A stretch of 60,465 nucleotides of DNA from contig JBOHEP010000354.1 of assembly GCA_050701075.1 (NCBI GenBank), positions 1 to 60,465 of the forward strand, in the 5' to 3' direction. The notes beneath the pieces were generated by a model. The model searched no databases. It saw only the letters and a list, made by a program, of their open reading frames with translations, and had not been told where the DNA came from. Positions 31,501-42,541 of the stretch are shown in pieces. The position numbers were made by a program, and so were the translations under genes. Origin of the DNA: Pseudonocardia sp. (GTDB taxonomy: Bacteria; Actinomycetota; Actinomycetes; Mycobacteriales; Pseudonocardiaceae). The stretch's first letter is position 1, and every line of letters starts with the position of its first letter.

Positions 31501-31617
31501 GCACCGGACGTCGCAGTGCTCGCCGACGGTTTCAGCTGCCGCACCCAACTCCGCCAGGCCGGCACCCGCGAGCCCGTGCACCTGGCAGAGCTCGCCGCCC
31601 GCACCCTCGGTCTCTGA
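28582..31617 (+). CDS. FAD-binding, Fe-S and CCG-domain oxidoreductase (YdiJ/GlcD-GlcF-like 2-hydroxyacid dehydrogenase)
   Basis: FAD-binding PCMH domain (GGMIGNNACG, GTEGT), GHFGDGCLH, SGEHGDG, CVGVGKC, CLSCKGCKRDCP, CCG motifs. Confidence 0.92.
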   Translation: MAPEPLPAVAAALQADLAATVGGSVRFDRATRAMYSADASNYRRVPIGVVAPRDTADVEATLAACRAHDVPVLSVGARTSIAGQAVNTAVVLDFTRHLNRVVEIDPDARTARVQPGLVLDDLRDAARPHGLTFGPDPSTHNRCTLGGMIGNNACGAHSVAWGKTVDNVRALDVLTYRGERLELSRGEPASGAQSGEPASAAPSGEPASGAQSKVVADLLALRDRITGDVRAGFPDLTRRVSGYNLDQLLPENGFDLAKALVGTEGTCVAVLEATVGLVESPPARALAVLGFPDAYLAADHVVAVRELAPLTIEGMDAGLIAALRASNPLERASRVLPEGGGWLYVETGGATRAEAEAAAHRVARVMARYGATSIVVSDPVRMKQLWRIREDGAGILTRSPDGGEAWPGWEDAAVPPERFGSYLREFDALLAKHQRRGAYYGHFGDGCLHVRIDFDLLTKAGIAGFRSFVEDAADLAVAHGGSLSGEHGDGVARAELLPRMFPPEIIRAFEGFKAIWDPDGRMNPGRVVRPAKLDEDLRLFVGMPTLRDEPELAFAHDHGSFARATRRCVGVGKCVTATGGVMCPSYRAIGEEMHSTRGRARLLFEMASREVITGGWRSPEVAEALDLCLSCKGCKRDCPVGVDMAAYKTEFLAQRYRGRVRPASHYSMGALPRWLRLVARLPARVVDALNAAARGPLAVVAKRLGGIAPERAVPPIARRPFTRAPAPGPRCSTLKPNPVIKGERSLMDLVGRRPALDQRAGSSSGRAGGSAGRGRVLLWPDTFTNHFDPGIATGAVAVLGSLGYAVELPPRAVCCGLTWTSTGQVDAARRVLRRSLRTIEPWLAAGVPVVGLEPSCTAALRSDAPELLPDEPLVAALASGVRTFAEMLALHLDELSSAVVTAGQKALVQVHCHQHAEIGFDDDAAVLAALGVEAVVLDSGCCGLAGNFGFEKGHYTVSMACAERVLLPAVRAAAPDVAVLADGFSCRTQLRQAGTREPVHLAELAARTLGL
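29134..29217 (+). repeat. In-frame 27-bp tandem repeat x3 (SGEPASGAQ)
   Basis: (A/C)GCGGCGAACCCGCGTCCG(G/C)TGCGC(A/C)G at 29134, 29161, 29188. Confidence 0.9.
30773..30876. repeat. REP/MITE-like palindromic element lying in frame inside the oxidoreductase CDS
   Basis: 30787-30807 pairs with 30844-30864 (18/21, core TGATCAAGGGC/GCCCTTGATCA); outer GCTCGACG/CGTCGGGC; AT-richer than the host gene. Confidence 0.7.
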
Positions 31618-31662
31618 CCGCGATCGACGGGTCAACCCGTCCGACTCGGGGTAGCCCCACCC

Positions 31663-32490
31663 ATGACCCAGGTACCGAACGTCCGCTTGAACAACGGCGT
31701 ACAGATCCCGCGGGTCGGCTTCGGAGTGTTCCAGATCGAGCAGCGGATCACCGCCGACGCCGTCCGTGCCGCGTTCGACGCTGGTTACCGCCACGTCGAC
31801 ACCGCTCAGATGTACGGCAACGAGGAGGGCGTCGGCGCCGCGATCGTCGAGTCCGGGTTGCCACGGGACGAGGTTTTCGTCACCACCAAGCTGAACAACG
31901 ACCGGCACGGTCGCGACGAGGCCGCGATCGCCCTGGACGAGAGCCTGGAGCGGCTCGGCCTCGACCACGTCGACCTGTACCTGATCCACTGGCCGATCCC
32001 GGCGCAGGACCGCTACGTCGAGACCTGGAAGGGCTTCGAGAAGGTGGTCGCCGATGGACGGGCTCGCGCGATCGGGGTCTCCAACTTCACCATCGCGCAC
32101 CTCGAACGGCTCGCCGCCGAGACCGGGACCGTGCCGGCGGTCAACCAGATCGAGCTGCACCCGGCGTTCCCGCAGCCTGAGCTACGCACCTACCACGAGG
32201 AGCACGGGATCGCGACGCAGGCGTGGAGCCCGATCGGGCAGGGCGGTGAGCTGCTGCGTGATGAGCGGCTCGTCTCGCTCGCGGAGCGCCACGGCCGGAG
32301 TCCGGCGCAGATCGTGCTGCGGTGGCACATCCAGCTCGGCAACATCGTGTTCCCGAAGTCGGTGCGGCCGCAGCGGATGCGGGAGAACCTCGACGTGTTC
32401 GCCATCGTTCTGACCGACGATGACCTGGCCACGCTCGCCGAGCTGAACACCGGCAGGCGGCTCGGGCCCGATCCTGATCATTTTGGCTGA
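31663..32490 (+). CDS. Aldo/keto reductase (2,5-diketo-D-gluconate reductase A family)
   Basis: GYRHVDTAQMYGNE, FVTTKL, DLYLIHWP, IGVSNF, NQIELHP, FPKS. Confidence 0.94.
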   Translation: MTQVPNVRLNNGVQIPRVGFGVFQIEQRITADAVRAAFDAGYRHVDTAQMYGNEEGVGAAIVESGLPRDEVFVTTKLNNDRHGRDEAAIALDESLERLGLDHVDLYLIHWPIPAQDRYVETWKGFEKVVADGRARAIGVSNFTIAHLERLAAETGTVPAVNQIELHPAFPQPELRTYHEEHGIATQAWSPIGQGGELLRDERLVSLAERHGRSPAQIVLRWHIQLGNIVFPKSVRPQRMRENLDVFAIVLTDDDLATLAELNTGRRLGPDPDHFG

Positions 32491-32594
32491 GAATGCGGTC
32501 GTGAGCGTTTCGTCGGGGTCGACCAACTCCGGCCGATCGATCGTCGAGCGCCCCTGTCGTAGCGGCATCCCCTCTGCCCGGCGAGGATGGGCCG

Positions 32595-33110
32595 GTGGAA
32601 CACTGGCCGCGATTCGGTCGCGCACTGCTTGTCGTCGTCGCGCTGGCCGGTTGCTCGTCCGGTGAGCCGGATCAGCCAAGCTCAGGAGTGCCGCAGGTGG
32701 AGAACCCGCGTGACGCCAGCGGCGCCGACCCGTGCTCGCTGCTCGCTGCCGGCCAGTTGGCGGGGTTCGGCCTGTCCGGGCCGGCGATCGCCACCACCGT
32801 CCCCGAGGGCCCGCGCTGTACATGGGGCAGCGGCCGGGCCCCCACGGTCACGCTGACCCTCTATACCGGTGGCGGCGGCCTTGCCACGCTGGCGCAGAAC
32901 AGTCAGCCGACCACCACCCGGGTTCGTCTCGCCGGCTATCCGGCGCTCGAGACGTTCACCGAGCGCGGCGAGTTCTGCCAGTACGACGTGGCGGTGGCCG
33001 CGGACCAGGCCGTGATGGTCTCCCTGGAGGGCGCTGCGCCCGACTCGTGCACCGCGCTACAGGCCGTGGTCCCCGCCGTGCTGTCGAACCTGCCGCCGCT
33101 TGCGGGCTGA
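32595..33110 (+). CDS. DUF3558-like lipoprotein
   Basis: Lipobox LAGC, DPCSLL, CTW, paired Cys pattern. Confidence 0.8.
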   Translation: MEHWPRFGRALLVVVALAGCSSGEPDQPSSGVPQVENPRDASGADPCSLLAAGQLAGFGLSGPAIATTVPEGPRCTWGSGRAPTVTLTLYTGGGGLATLAQNSQPTTTRVRLAGYPALETFTERGEFCQYDVAVAADQAVMVSLEGAAPDSCTALQAVVPAVLSNLPPLAG

Positions 33111-33178
33111 ACGCCGTCCCTCGCGGCCCGACCGCGGCGAACGGGGGCATGAAGCGTCTGTCGCGGTCGTGTGACACG

Positions 33179-33286
33179 CGCCGCCGAGGGTCGCAGGGTG
33201 GGTCCACCGGCGTTTCCCACCCCGAGGGCTACCCGATGCGTGACACCGTCGAGCGGGGGTTCAACAAGCTCACGGTGTTCCGCGCC
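33179..33286 (+). pseudogene. Decayed C-terminal fragment of an IS5-family transposase
   Basis: RRRGSQGG/PPAF (shifted frame)/PEGYPMRDTVERGFNKLTVFRA resembles the IS5 C-terminus RGSRGGRPPAFD...Y..RNTVER.FNKLKQ.RA. Confidence 0.6.
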
Positions 33287-33462
33287 GGAACGCCGGCATC
33301 CCAGCCAACTGAACGCTCCGGTGTCCACGGTCGAGACGGCTGCACCGGCTGCGTGGCGGGTCTTGCCGGTGGAGGTGTGGACATCGATGAACTCCTCCAG
33401 CTCCACACCGAGGCCCGACCTGTCCGACGAGGGTGCCGTGCCGTTCGTCGTACGCGTGGCCG

Positions 33463-35100
<1,638 letters not shown>

Positions 35101-35397
35101 GTCAGATGCGGACGCTACCGGGCGAGCATGGATCCGCTTGTGCTGTCCCCGACTGTCTTTCGGCCGCATGATCGATCCGAGGGTCACCTGACGGTCGTTC
35201 GGGCGACGCTGACGTATCTCTCGAAATGATCATGAACGGTGGCGGTGCGGGCGCGAAGGACGGCTGCAGCTCGCCACTCACGAGCAGCGGTTTCCGATGA
35301 GCAGGCAACCGGTCCTCGCCCGGCTCGGCAGCGCTCGCGCAGGCATTGCCCGCAGTCGGCAGTTGGTCGCTGATCCCCGTACGGCACGATCAGGCGC

Positions 35398-36117
35398 GTG
35401 CCCCAGCCCTACCAACCCATGCCCGACGACTGGCAGCGCGCGCTCGCGGTCGTCGCCCATCCCGACGACCTGGAGTACGGCGGTGCCGGCGCGATCGCCC
35501 GCTGGACCGCCGAGGGCCGCACCGTCTTCTATCTGCTGGCAACCCGCGGTGAGGCCGGGATCGACTCCCTCCCGCCCGCCGAGTGCGGCCCGCTGCGCGA
35601 GGCCGAGCAGCGGGCCGCGGCAGCGATCGTGGGCGTGCAGACCGTGGAGTTCCTCGACCACCCCGACGGGCTGGTCGAGTACGGCGTCCCGCTGCGCCGC
35701 GACATCGCCGCCGCGATCCGCCGGCACCGGCCCGAGCTGGTGATCAGCAGCAACCACCGGGAGTCCTGGCCCGGTGGCGGGCTCAACATGGCCGACCACC
35801 GCAGCGTCGGCCTCGCGACGCTCGACGCGGTCCGCGACGCCGCCAACCGATGGCTGTTCCCCGAGCTCGGGCTCCAGCCGTGGAGCGGTGTGCGGTGGGT
35901 GGCAGTGGCGGCGTCGCCGCTGTCCGGGCACGCGGTGGACATCAGCGGCTCCTTCGACCTGGCCGTTGCGTCATTGGCCGCGCACGCCGCATACCTGCGT
36001 GCCCTCGGCGGGACGATGGCGGATCCGGAGGGGTTCCTGCGACCGATGGCCGAGACAGCCGGCAAGCGATTGCCCGGCGCCCGCCTCGCCACGACGTTCG
36101 AGCTGATCCCGGTCTAG
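35398..36117 (+). CDS. PIG-L / LmbE family deacetylase
   Basis: [14 protein letters not shown], RExEQ, DH motif. Confidence 0.9.
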   Translation: MPQPYQPMPDDWQRALAVVAHPDDLEYGGAGAIARWTAEGRTVFYLLATRGEAGIDSLPPAECGPLREAEQRAAAAIVGVQTVEFLDHPDGLVEYGVPLRRDIAAAIRRHRPELVISSNHRESWPGGGLNMADHRSVGLATLDAVRDAANRWLFPELGLQPWSGVRWVAVAASPLSGHAVDISGSFDLAVASLAAHAAYLRALGGTMADPEGFLRPMAETAGKRLPGARLATTFELIPV

Positions 36118-36343
36118 CGCGTCCTGATCGGCTTCTGCAGTACATCCGCCGCACGAGACGGTATACCTGGGCGTTCGGGTGGATATGCCTGGGTGTTCGG
36201 GCGGGCCTGGCCGATCGCGGCCAGTCGGCTGCCTCGCTGATGATCAGCCTGGCGCCAGGACGCTGGGTGTGGTGGGTACCGAAGATCTTCCGCTCACTTG
36301 TGTCGCCATGATCACATTTGGTGCGACGCCTACGCTCGGCACC

Positions 36344-38059
36344 GTGAACCCGTCGACGGCGCATGCCCAGGTGATCGTCGATGAGCTGATGCGCTGCGGG
36401 GTCACCGACGCGGTGCTGTGCCCCGGGTCGCGCAACGCGCCGCTGGCGTTCGCGCTGCACGCCGCCGACGCGGCCGGCCGGCTGCGGCTGCATGTGCGCA
36501 TCGACGAGCGCACCGCCGGGTTCCTCGCGCTGGGGCTTGCGCTGCGGGCCGGACGGCCGGTACCCGTCTGCACCACCTCGGGCACTGCCGTGGCAAACCT
36601 GCACCCCGCGGTGCTGGAGGCGTCGCACGCCGGGGTGCCGCTGCTCGCCGTCACCGCCGACCGGCCGCCGCACCTGATCGGTATCGGCGCGAACCAGACG
36701 ATCGTGCAAACGGGGATCTTCGGCGGCGCGGTGCGGCTGGCGCTGACCGGGGCCGTGGCCGCTGATCCGATGGGGGAGAACCCGCGGTGGCGGTCGCTCG
36801 TGGACCGGGCGGTGGTGGCGGCGGTCGGGGCCACCGGTGGGCCTCCCGGTCCGGTTCACCTGAATCTGCCGTTCGCGGAGCCGCTCGTTCCCGACGTGAG
36901 TGGCGCGGGTCTCACGTGGGCCGACCCTCGTCCCGCAGGTCGCGCTCCCGACGATGCTGTTCCCACCGGGCCCCGTCGGAGTTGCACGCCAGGTCGCGAC
37001 GGCGGCGGGCCGTGGACGACGGTTCCGCCGGCCTCCCGGCTGGTGCCGACGCTGCCGCTGGATCCGTCCGCACCGACCCTGGTGATCACCGGACACGGCG
37101 CACCCGAGCAGGTGCGCGACTGGCCGCTGCCGGTGGTCGCCGAACCTGCGTCGGCAGCCTGGCCGGGGGCGCTGCGGACCGGTCCGTGGTTGCTCGGGGC
37201 GCGATGCCCGCGTCCGGCGCAGGTGATCGTGGCCGGGCGGGCGACCCTGCACCGATCCGTACAGCGGTTGCTCGCAGACCCCGAAGTCGCCGTCTACGCA
37301 CTCGCCGATCCACACCCCGCCCCGTGGACCGACGTCGCCGGCACCGTCCGCGCGGTTGGCGCCGTGCCCGAGCTGACACCGCCGCGGGGCTGGCTGGACC
37401 GCTGGCGCAACGCCGACCAAGCTGCTGGCGTCGCGCTCGACCTGGCTCTCGACGACCCGGCCGCACCGGTCGGCTTGCGGCTGGCCCGGGCGCTGGTCGC
37501 GGCGCTTCCCGACGGGGCACAGCTGATGCTCGGCTCGTCGAACCCGGTGCGCGACGTCGCACTCGCCGCCGCACCGCGCACCGGTGTGACCATTCTGGCG
37601 AACCGGGGCGTCGCCGGCATCGACGGCACCGTGTCCACCGCGGTCGGCGCCGCCCTGGTGCACCCCGGTCCGGCGTACGCGCTGCTCGGTGACCTGACGC
37701 TGCTGCACGACACCACGGGGCTCATCATCGGACCCGACGAGCCACGGCCCGATCTCACGATCGTCGTTCTCAACGACAGTGGTGGGGGCATCTTCAGCCT
37801 GCTGGAGCAGGGCGCGCCGGAGCACGCGGCAGGATTCGAGCGGGTGTTCGGCACGCCGCACTCGATGGACCTGGCTGCGCTGTGCGCGGCGACCGGCGTG
37901 TCGTACGCGCGGTGCGACGATCTCGCCGATCTCCCGGCCGGACTCGATCCCAAGCCGGGGTTACGGCTGGTCGAGGTCCGCGCGGACCGGGCGAGGTTGC
38001 GGGCCGGCCATCTGGCGCTGCGGGCTGCGATCACAGCGGCACTGGACGGTGTGGGCTGA
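36344..38059 (+). CDS. menD: SEPHCHC synthase MenD
   Basis: VLCPGSRNAPL, RIDERTAGF, CTSGTAVAN-type motif, TADRP, NRGVAGIDG, GDLTLLHD, FERVFGTPH. Confidence 0.96.
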   Translation: MNPSTAHAQVIVDELMRCGVTDAVLCPGSRNAPLAFALHAADAAGRLRLHVRIDERTAGFLALGLALRAGRPVPVCTTSGTAVANLHPAVLEASHAGVPLLAVTADRPPHLIGIGANQTIVQTGIFGGAVRLALTGAVAADPMGENPRWRSLVDRAVVAAVGATGGPPGPVHLNLPFAEPLVPDVSGAGLTWADPRPAGRAPDDAVPTGPRRSCTPGRDGGGPWTTVPPASRLVPTLPLDPSAPTLVITGHGAPEQVRDWPLPVVAEPASAAWPGALRTGPWLLGARCPRPAQVIVAGRATLHRSVQRLLADPEVAVYALADPHPAPWTDVAGTVRAVGAVPELTPPRGWLDRWRNADQAAGVALDLALDDPAAPVGLRLARALVAALPDGAQLMLGSSNPVRDVALAAAPRTGVTILANRGVAGIDGTVSTAVGAALVHPGPAYALLGDLTLLHDTTGLIIGPDEPRPDLTIVVLNDSGGGIFSLLEQGAPEHAAGFERVFGTPHSMDLAALCAATGVSYARCDDLADLPAGLDPKPGLRLVEVRADRARLRAGHLALRAAITAALDGVG

Positions 38060-38324
38060 GCTCGCGTCCATCGCCCTGTCCGTGCAGAGACGAGCCGTGC
38101 CGCCGAACGGGTGAATTCGGGATGGGCTAAGGCAGCCTGCTCGCTCAACGACCTGGAACGCGGCGACCGGTCCTCTCGACCAAACCTGTGCAGTACTGAG
38201 CTAAATGGCCGAGTGTGGACGTCTCATCGGCCCTATCTGGGCTGCCTGCTCGAAATTTGGGCCGACCACCGGCCGGGGCGTCCGAGATCGACGCCTACGA
38301 AACAGGGAGACCTGCGCCTTCAGA

Positions 38325-38352
38325 GGTAACACTTACCGACGGCAGGGCGAAT
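38325..38352 (+). promoter_or_regulatory. Putative ECF sigma promoter GGTAAC-N17-CGAAT upstream of the first polysaccharide operon
   Basis: Same motif and spacing at 55472 and 58316. Confidence 0.6.
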
Positions 38353-38635
38353 GGACGATTAACAACGATCCGTCCGGACGGTGGCCGCGAATGACTTCAG
38401 TCGGCTCCCGCGAGGATGCTCGAGCCCGGGGGAGGTATCGGTGCGTCGGCAGCTACGACCTGAGGCAGGCGCAGAGCCTGACTGATCGCTGCGTTGGGCT
38501 CGTCGCCGAGTCGGCCGCAGCCAGGCGCCCGACGACCTGATCAGCCCTGCAGCATGAACCTTTGCCCCGACCCACGTCGACCATGCCGTGGGCAATTCAG
38601 GCATGTCCTACTAATGAGTGGAGTCGGTTTCTGTC

Positions 38636-40972
38636 ATGCGGCAACGAGCTGTGATCACCGGTGGTGCCGGATTCGTCGGTTCCCATCTGGCCGAGCGGTT
38701 GCTCGACGACAACATCGACGTGATCTGTCTCGACAACTTCCTGACGGGGTCGGCGGAGAACGTCGCCCACCTCCAGGGCCAGGACGGTTTCCGATTGCTA
38801 CGCACGGACGTCACCGATCACATCTCGGTGCCCGGGCCGGTCGACTTCGTTCTTCACTTCGCCTCGCCGGCCTCACCGATCGACTACGCAGAGCTACCCA
38901 TCGAGACGCTCAAGGTCGGTTCCATCGGAACGCTGCACACCCTCGGCCTCGCCAAGGAGAAGGGGGCCCGGTACCTGCTCGCCTCGACGTCGGAGTCCTA
39001 CGGCGACCCCTTGGTGCACCCCCAACCCGAGTCCTACTGGGGCAACGTGAACCCCGTCGGGCCTCGATCCTGTTACGACGAGGCCAAGCGGTTCGCCGAG
39101 GCGACGACGATGTCCTACCGCAGCCACCACGGCATGGACACCGGGATCATGCGGATCTTCAACACCTATGGGCCCCGGATGCGGCCCAACGACGGACGCG
39201 CGATCCCGACGTTCGTACGCCAGGCACTGGCCGGCGAGCCGATCACGGTGGCCGGCGACGGGAGCCAGACGCGCTCGGTGTGTTACGTCGACGACCTGGT
39301 CGAGGGTGCATTGCGGCTGCTCTTCTCCGACCTGGCCGGACCGGTCAATGTCGGCAACCCGCACGAGCTGTCCATCCTTGAGCTCGCGAACCTCGTTCGG
39401 GACATGACCGGCTCCACATCGGACATCACGTTCATCGACCGGCCAACCGACGACCCGACCGTCCGGCAGCCGGACATCACGATCGCGCGGACGGAGCTCG
39501 GTTGGGAGCCGGACGTGGCCGTCGTGGACGGCCTCAAACGGACCATCGAGTGGTTCCGGGAGCGTCTGGATCTGTTGGATACCGCTGCTGACGTCCGGCG
39601 AGTACCCGCGCTACCTCGCCCGCGGATCGACGTCGAGAACCAGCGCTACAAGGTCGCGGTCGTCGGCACCGGGTACGTCGGGGCGGTCACCTCGACCTGC
39701 CTGGCCTGGCTCGGACACGAGGTCTGCGGTCTGGACAGCGACGCGGCCCAGGCGGGGCAGCTCAATGAAGGGCAGGTCCCGTTCCACGAGCCCGGCCTCC
39801 GCGAGTTGCTGACCTCGACGCTGGCCACCGGCCGGCTGCGCTTCACCGACCAGCCCCCCGAGGCACTGGCGGGCGCAGACTTCATCTTCCTCTGTGTGGG
39901 CACCCCGCCCACCGCCAACGGGTTGCCCGATCTCGTCCAGATCGAGAGTGCGGTCCGGTCCGTCGCCCCTTACGTCCGGGCGAACACAGTCATCGTCAAC
40001 AAGTCGACCGTGCCGGTCGGATCGGGTAACTGGGCTCGGACGATCCTCGAGGAGGCGTTGCCGCGGGATCGCCAGCCGGCCTTCCATGTCGTCTCGAATC
40101 CCGAGTTCCTCCGCGAGGGCTCCGCGATCGCCGACTTCCTGCACCCGGACCGCATCGTCCTGGGGAGCGACTGCGACGGGGTCCGACGCGCGACGGACCT
40201 GTACCGGTCGGTGCTCGACCAGTCGTTCGCGGGCGGCCGTCGACGCAACAAGCCGGCATTGATCTCAACGCAGCTCACGTCCGCCGAGATGATCAAATAC
40301 GCGGCTAATGCGTTCCTCGCAACGAAGATCAGCTTTGCGAACGAGATGGCGAACCTCTGCGAGCTGGTCGGCGCGGACGCCCGCCAGGTCCTTCCTGCGA
40401 TCGGCGCGGACCACCGCATCGGCTCCGATTTCCTGTCGCCCGGCGTCGGGTGGGGCGGCTCCTGCTTCGGCAAGGACGTCGCGGCCCTGGTTGCCACGGG
40501 TCAGGAGTACGGCTACAGCTCGAACCTGCTGCGCGCCACGGTGGACGTGAACCAGCTCCAGCGCGCCGCCGCGGTCCGCAAGCTCCAGCGGGAGCTCCGC
40601 GTGCTGAAGGGCCGGCGGATCGCCATCCTCGGCCTGGCATTCAAACCCGGCACCGACGACCTGCGCGACGCGCCTGCCCTGGACATCGTCCGTCGTCTCC
40701 TCGCGGCCGGAAGCATCGTGTCCGCGTATGACCCCATCGTCAAGAAGCTCCCGGAGGACCTCACGGCGGTCCGGCTCGCGTCGGACGTCTACGACGCCGC
40801 CGATCGGGCCGACGCCGTGGTGCTGGCGACGGAATGGCCGGAGTTCCGCGACATCGAGCCCGGCACGTTGCGGCGGGCGATGAAGGGCGATCTCTTGCTC
40901 GACGGCCGGAACCTCTTCACCGAGGACACCTTCACCGGTTCGGGCCTGCGGCTCGAAGGGTTCGGGTGGTGA
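38636..40972 (+). CDS. Fused UDP-glucuronate decarboxylase (UDP-xylose synthase) / UDP-glucose 6-dehydrogenase
   Basis: N half: [54 protein letters not shown] half: [56 protein letters not shown]; one open frame. Confidence 0.93.
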   Translation: MRQRAVITGGAGFVGSHLAERLLDDNIDVICLDNFLTGSAENVAHLQGQDGFRLLRTDVTDHISVPGPVDFVLHFASPASPIDYAELPIETLKVGSIGTLHTLGLAKEKGARYLLASTSESYGDPLVHPQPESYWGNVNPVGPRSCYDEAKRFAEATTMSYRSHHGMDTGIMRIFNTYGPRMRPNDGRAIPTFVRQALAGEPITVAGDGSQTRSVCYVDDLVEGALRLLFSDLAGPVNVGNPHELSILELANLVRDMTGSTSDITFIDRPTDDPTVRQPDITIARTELGWEPDVAVVDGLKRTIEWFRERLDLLDTAADVRRVPALPRPRIDVENQRYKVAVVGTGYVGAVTSTCLAWLGHEVCGLDSDAAQAGQLNEGQVPFHEPGLRELLTSTLATGRLRFTDQPPEALAGADFIFLCVGTPPTANGLPDLVQIESAVRSVAPYVRANTVIVNKSTVPVGSGNWARTILEEALPRDRQPAFHVVSNPEFLREGSAIADFLHPDRIVLGSDCDGVRRATDLYRSVLDQSFAGGRRRNKPALISTQLTSAEMIKYAANAFLATKISFANEMANLCELVGADARQVLPAIGADHRIGSDFLSPGVGWGGSCFGKDVAALVATGQEYGYSSNLLRATVDVNQLQRAAAVRKLQRELRVLKGRRIAILGLAFKPGTDDLRDAPALDIVRRLLAAGSIVSAYDPIVKKLPEDLTAVRLASDVYDAADRADAVVLATEWPEFRDIEPGTLRRAMKGDLLLDGRNLFTEDTFTGSGLRLEGFGW

Positions 40973-41024
40973 CAGTGCTGGATGACCTCATGCCGGAGAA
41001 CTCGACCACGGGGAGCCAGCTCCG

Positions 41025-42539
41025 GTGAGCACAGAGGCTCAACAACGGGATCTGACCACACCTGGCACGCCGGCACACATGCCGCCTGGGCCGGAGCTGC
41101 CGGTCGCCGGCATCGAGATCGCACCGCCGATGGGCTCGAACGGCGGGTGGCCGAAGACGCAGCAGCGGGGGATGCGACTGGAGCGCCGCCACCGGGTTCT
41201 GCTCCGCGTCGCCGACGCGCTTGCGCTGTCGCTGGGTGCTGCCGCGGGCGCGGTTGCCCTGTGGCTGGTGGACCCGGGCAGGGCGGGCGACATCGTCGTC
41301 CGGCACATCCTGGTCACGGCCATCGCCCTGGGTCTGTCCCTGCATCTGCACGGGCTGTACCGCCGGCCGGCCTCCCGGCTCCGGCCGAGTGGCTGGTGGC
41401 GCCCCGGGGTGATCGCCCGCTGTGTTCCGACGGCTGCTCTGCTCGCCCTCGCGGCGGAGGCGCTGCTGTTCGCCGGCGGGCGGATGACGCTGACCGCCGC
41501 TGTCGCGATGACCACGCCTGCGGTCGTCCTGGTCCCGGTCGGCCGGCGCCTGGTCGTCCGCGCCTTCGGCCCGCCGACGGTGACCCGCATCGTGATCGTG
41601 GGCACGGGGGAGATCGCGGACCGGCTGACGGCGCGGCTGAGCCGATGCCGTGACACGTGTGTCGTGGGGAACGTCGACGATGGGTCCATGCGGGCCGGCT
41701 CGCTCCTCGGCCGGGTCGCCGACCTGCCCGAGCTCTGTCAGGAGCACCGGATCGACCGCGTGATCGTGGCGTTCTCCCGCACACCCGACTCCGAGACGCT
41801 CAGGCTGTTGAGGCGGTTGGAGGGCCAGATCCCCATCTCGGTCATCCCGCGCCTGTTCGAGTTGCACAGCTGGCGCAGCGAGGTGGAGGAGCTGCACGGC
41901 ATGCCGCTGTTGCATGTGCCCCCGGCCACGCTGGGTCTGAACGCCCGGTTGTCGAAGCGCGCTCTCGACCTGGTTCTTGCCGCATCCGCCCTCCTCGTGG
42001 GCATTCCGTTCGGACTGGCACTGGCAGCTGCCATCAAGCTGGACAGCCCCGGCCCGGTGATCTTCCGGCAGGAGCGGATCGGGCGCGGCGGCCGTCCGTT
42101 CAGGGTCTTCAAGTTCCGGACCATGACCGCTGATGCCTGGGACCGGCGGCACGTGGTGAGGACGCAGAACGAGGTGGACGGACCGCTGTTCAAGATGCAG
42201 CACGATCCCCGGGTGACGAGACTGGGGCGCTTCCTCCGGCGCACCAGCATCGACGAGCTCCCGCAGCTGATCAACGTGGTCCTCGGGCAGATGTCGCTGG
42301 TCGGGCCCCGGCCACTGCCGACCGAGGAGTCGAACAAGCTCGACGGTGCGGCGCTGACGCGCTTCGACGTGGCACCGGGGCTGACCGGGCTGTGGCAGGT
42401 GTCGGGCCGCAGCGACCTCAGCTACGCCGACCTCCAGCACCTGGACTCGGTCTACGTACGATCATGGTCCCTGCTCTGGGACCTGCGGATCATCCTCGAG
42501 ACGCCCCGGAGCGTCTTCGGCGGGCGCGGAGCGTACTGA
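41025..42539 (+). CDS. Priming polyprenyl-phosphate sugar phosphotransferase (WcaJ/CpsE family)
   Basis: N-terminal TMs, KRALDL, FRQERIG, FKFRTM, DPRVTRLGRFLRRTSIDELPQL, MSLVGPRP, PGLTGLWQVSGRS. Confidence 0.95.
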   Translation: MSTEAQQRDLTTPGTPAHMPPGPELPVAGIEIAPPMGSNGGWPKTQQRGMRLERRHRVLLRVADALALSLGAAAGAVALWLVDPGRAGDIVVRHILVTAIALGLSLHLHGLYRRPASRLRPSGWWRPGVIARCVPTAALLALAAEALLFAGGRMTLTAAVAMTTPAVVLVPVGRRLVVRAFGPPTVTRIVIVGTGEIADRLTARLSRCRDTCVVGNVDDGSMRAGSLLGRVADLPELCQEHRIDRVIVAFSRTPDSETLRLLRRLEGQIPISVIPRLFELHSWRSEVEELHGMPLLHVPPATLGLNARLSKRALDLVLAASALLVGIPFGLALAAAIKLDSPGPVIFRQERIGRGGRPFRVFKFRTMTADAWDRRHVVRTQNEVDGPLFKMQHDPRVTRLGRFLRRTSIDELPQLINVVLGQMSLVGPRPLPTEESNKLDGAALTRFDVAPGLTGLWQVSGRSDLSYADLQHLDSVYVRSWSLLWDLRIILETPRSVFGGRGAY

Positions 42540-42541
42540 CC

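Noticed and set aside
35101..35397. uORF attenuator for the ABC-F gene, as in antibiotic-resistance ABC-Fs
   Set aside because: Only a 4-codon ORF without SD and no clear terminator/antiterminator; resistance function cannot be supported
38060..38320. Integrase, tRNA or att site at the left edge of the island
   Set aside because: No tRNA cloverleaf or recombinase remnant recognisable
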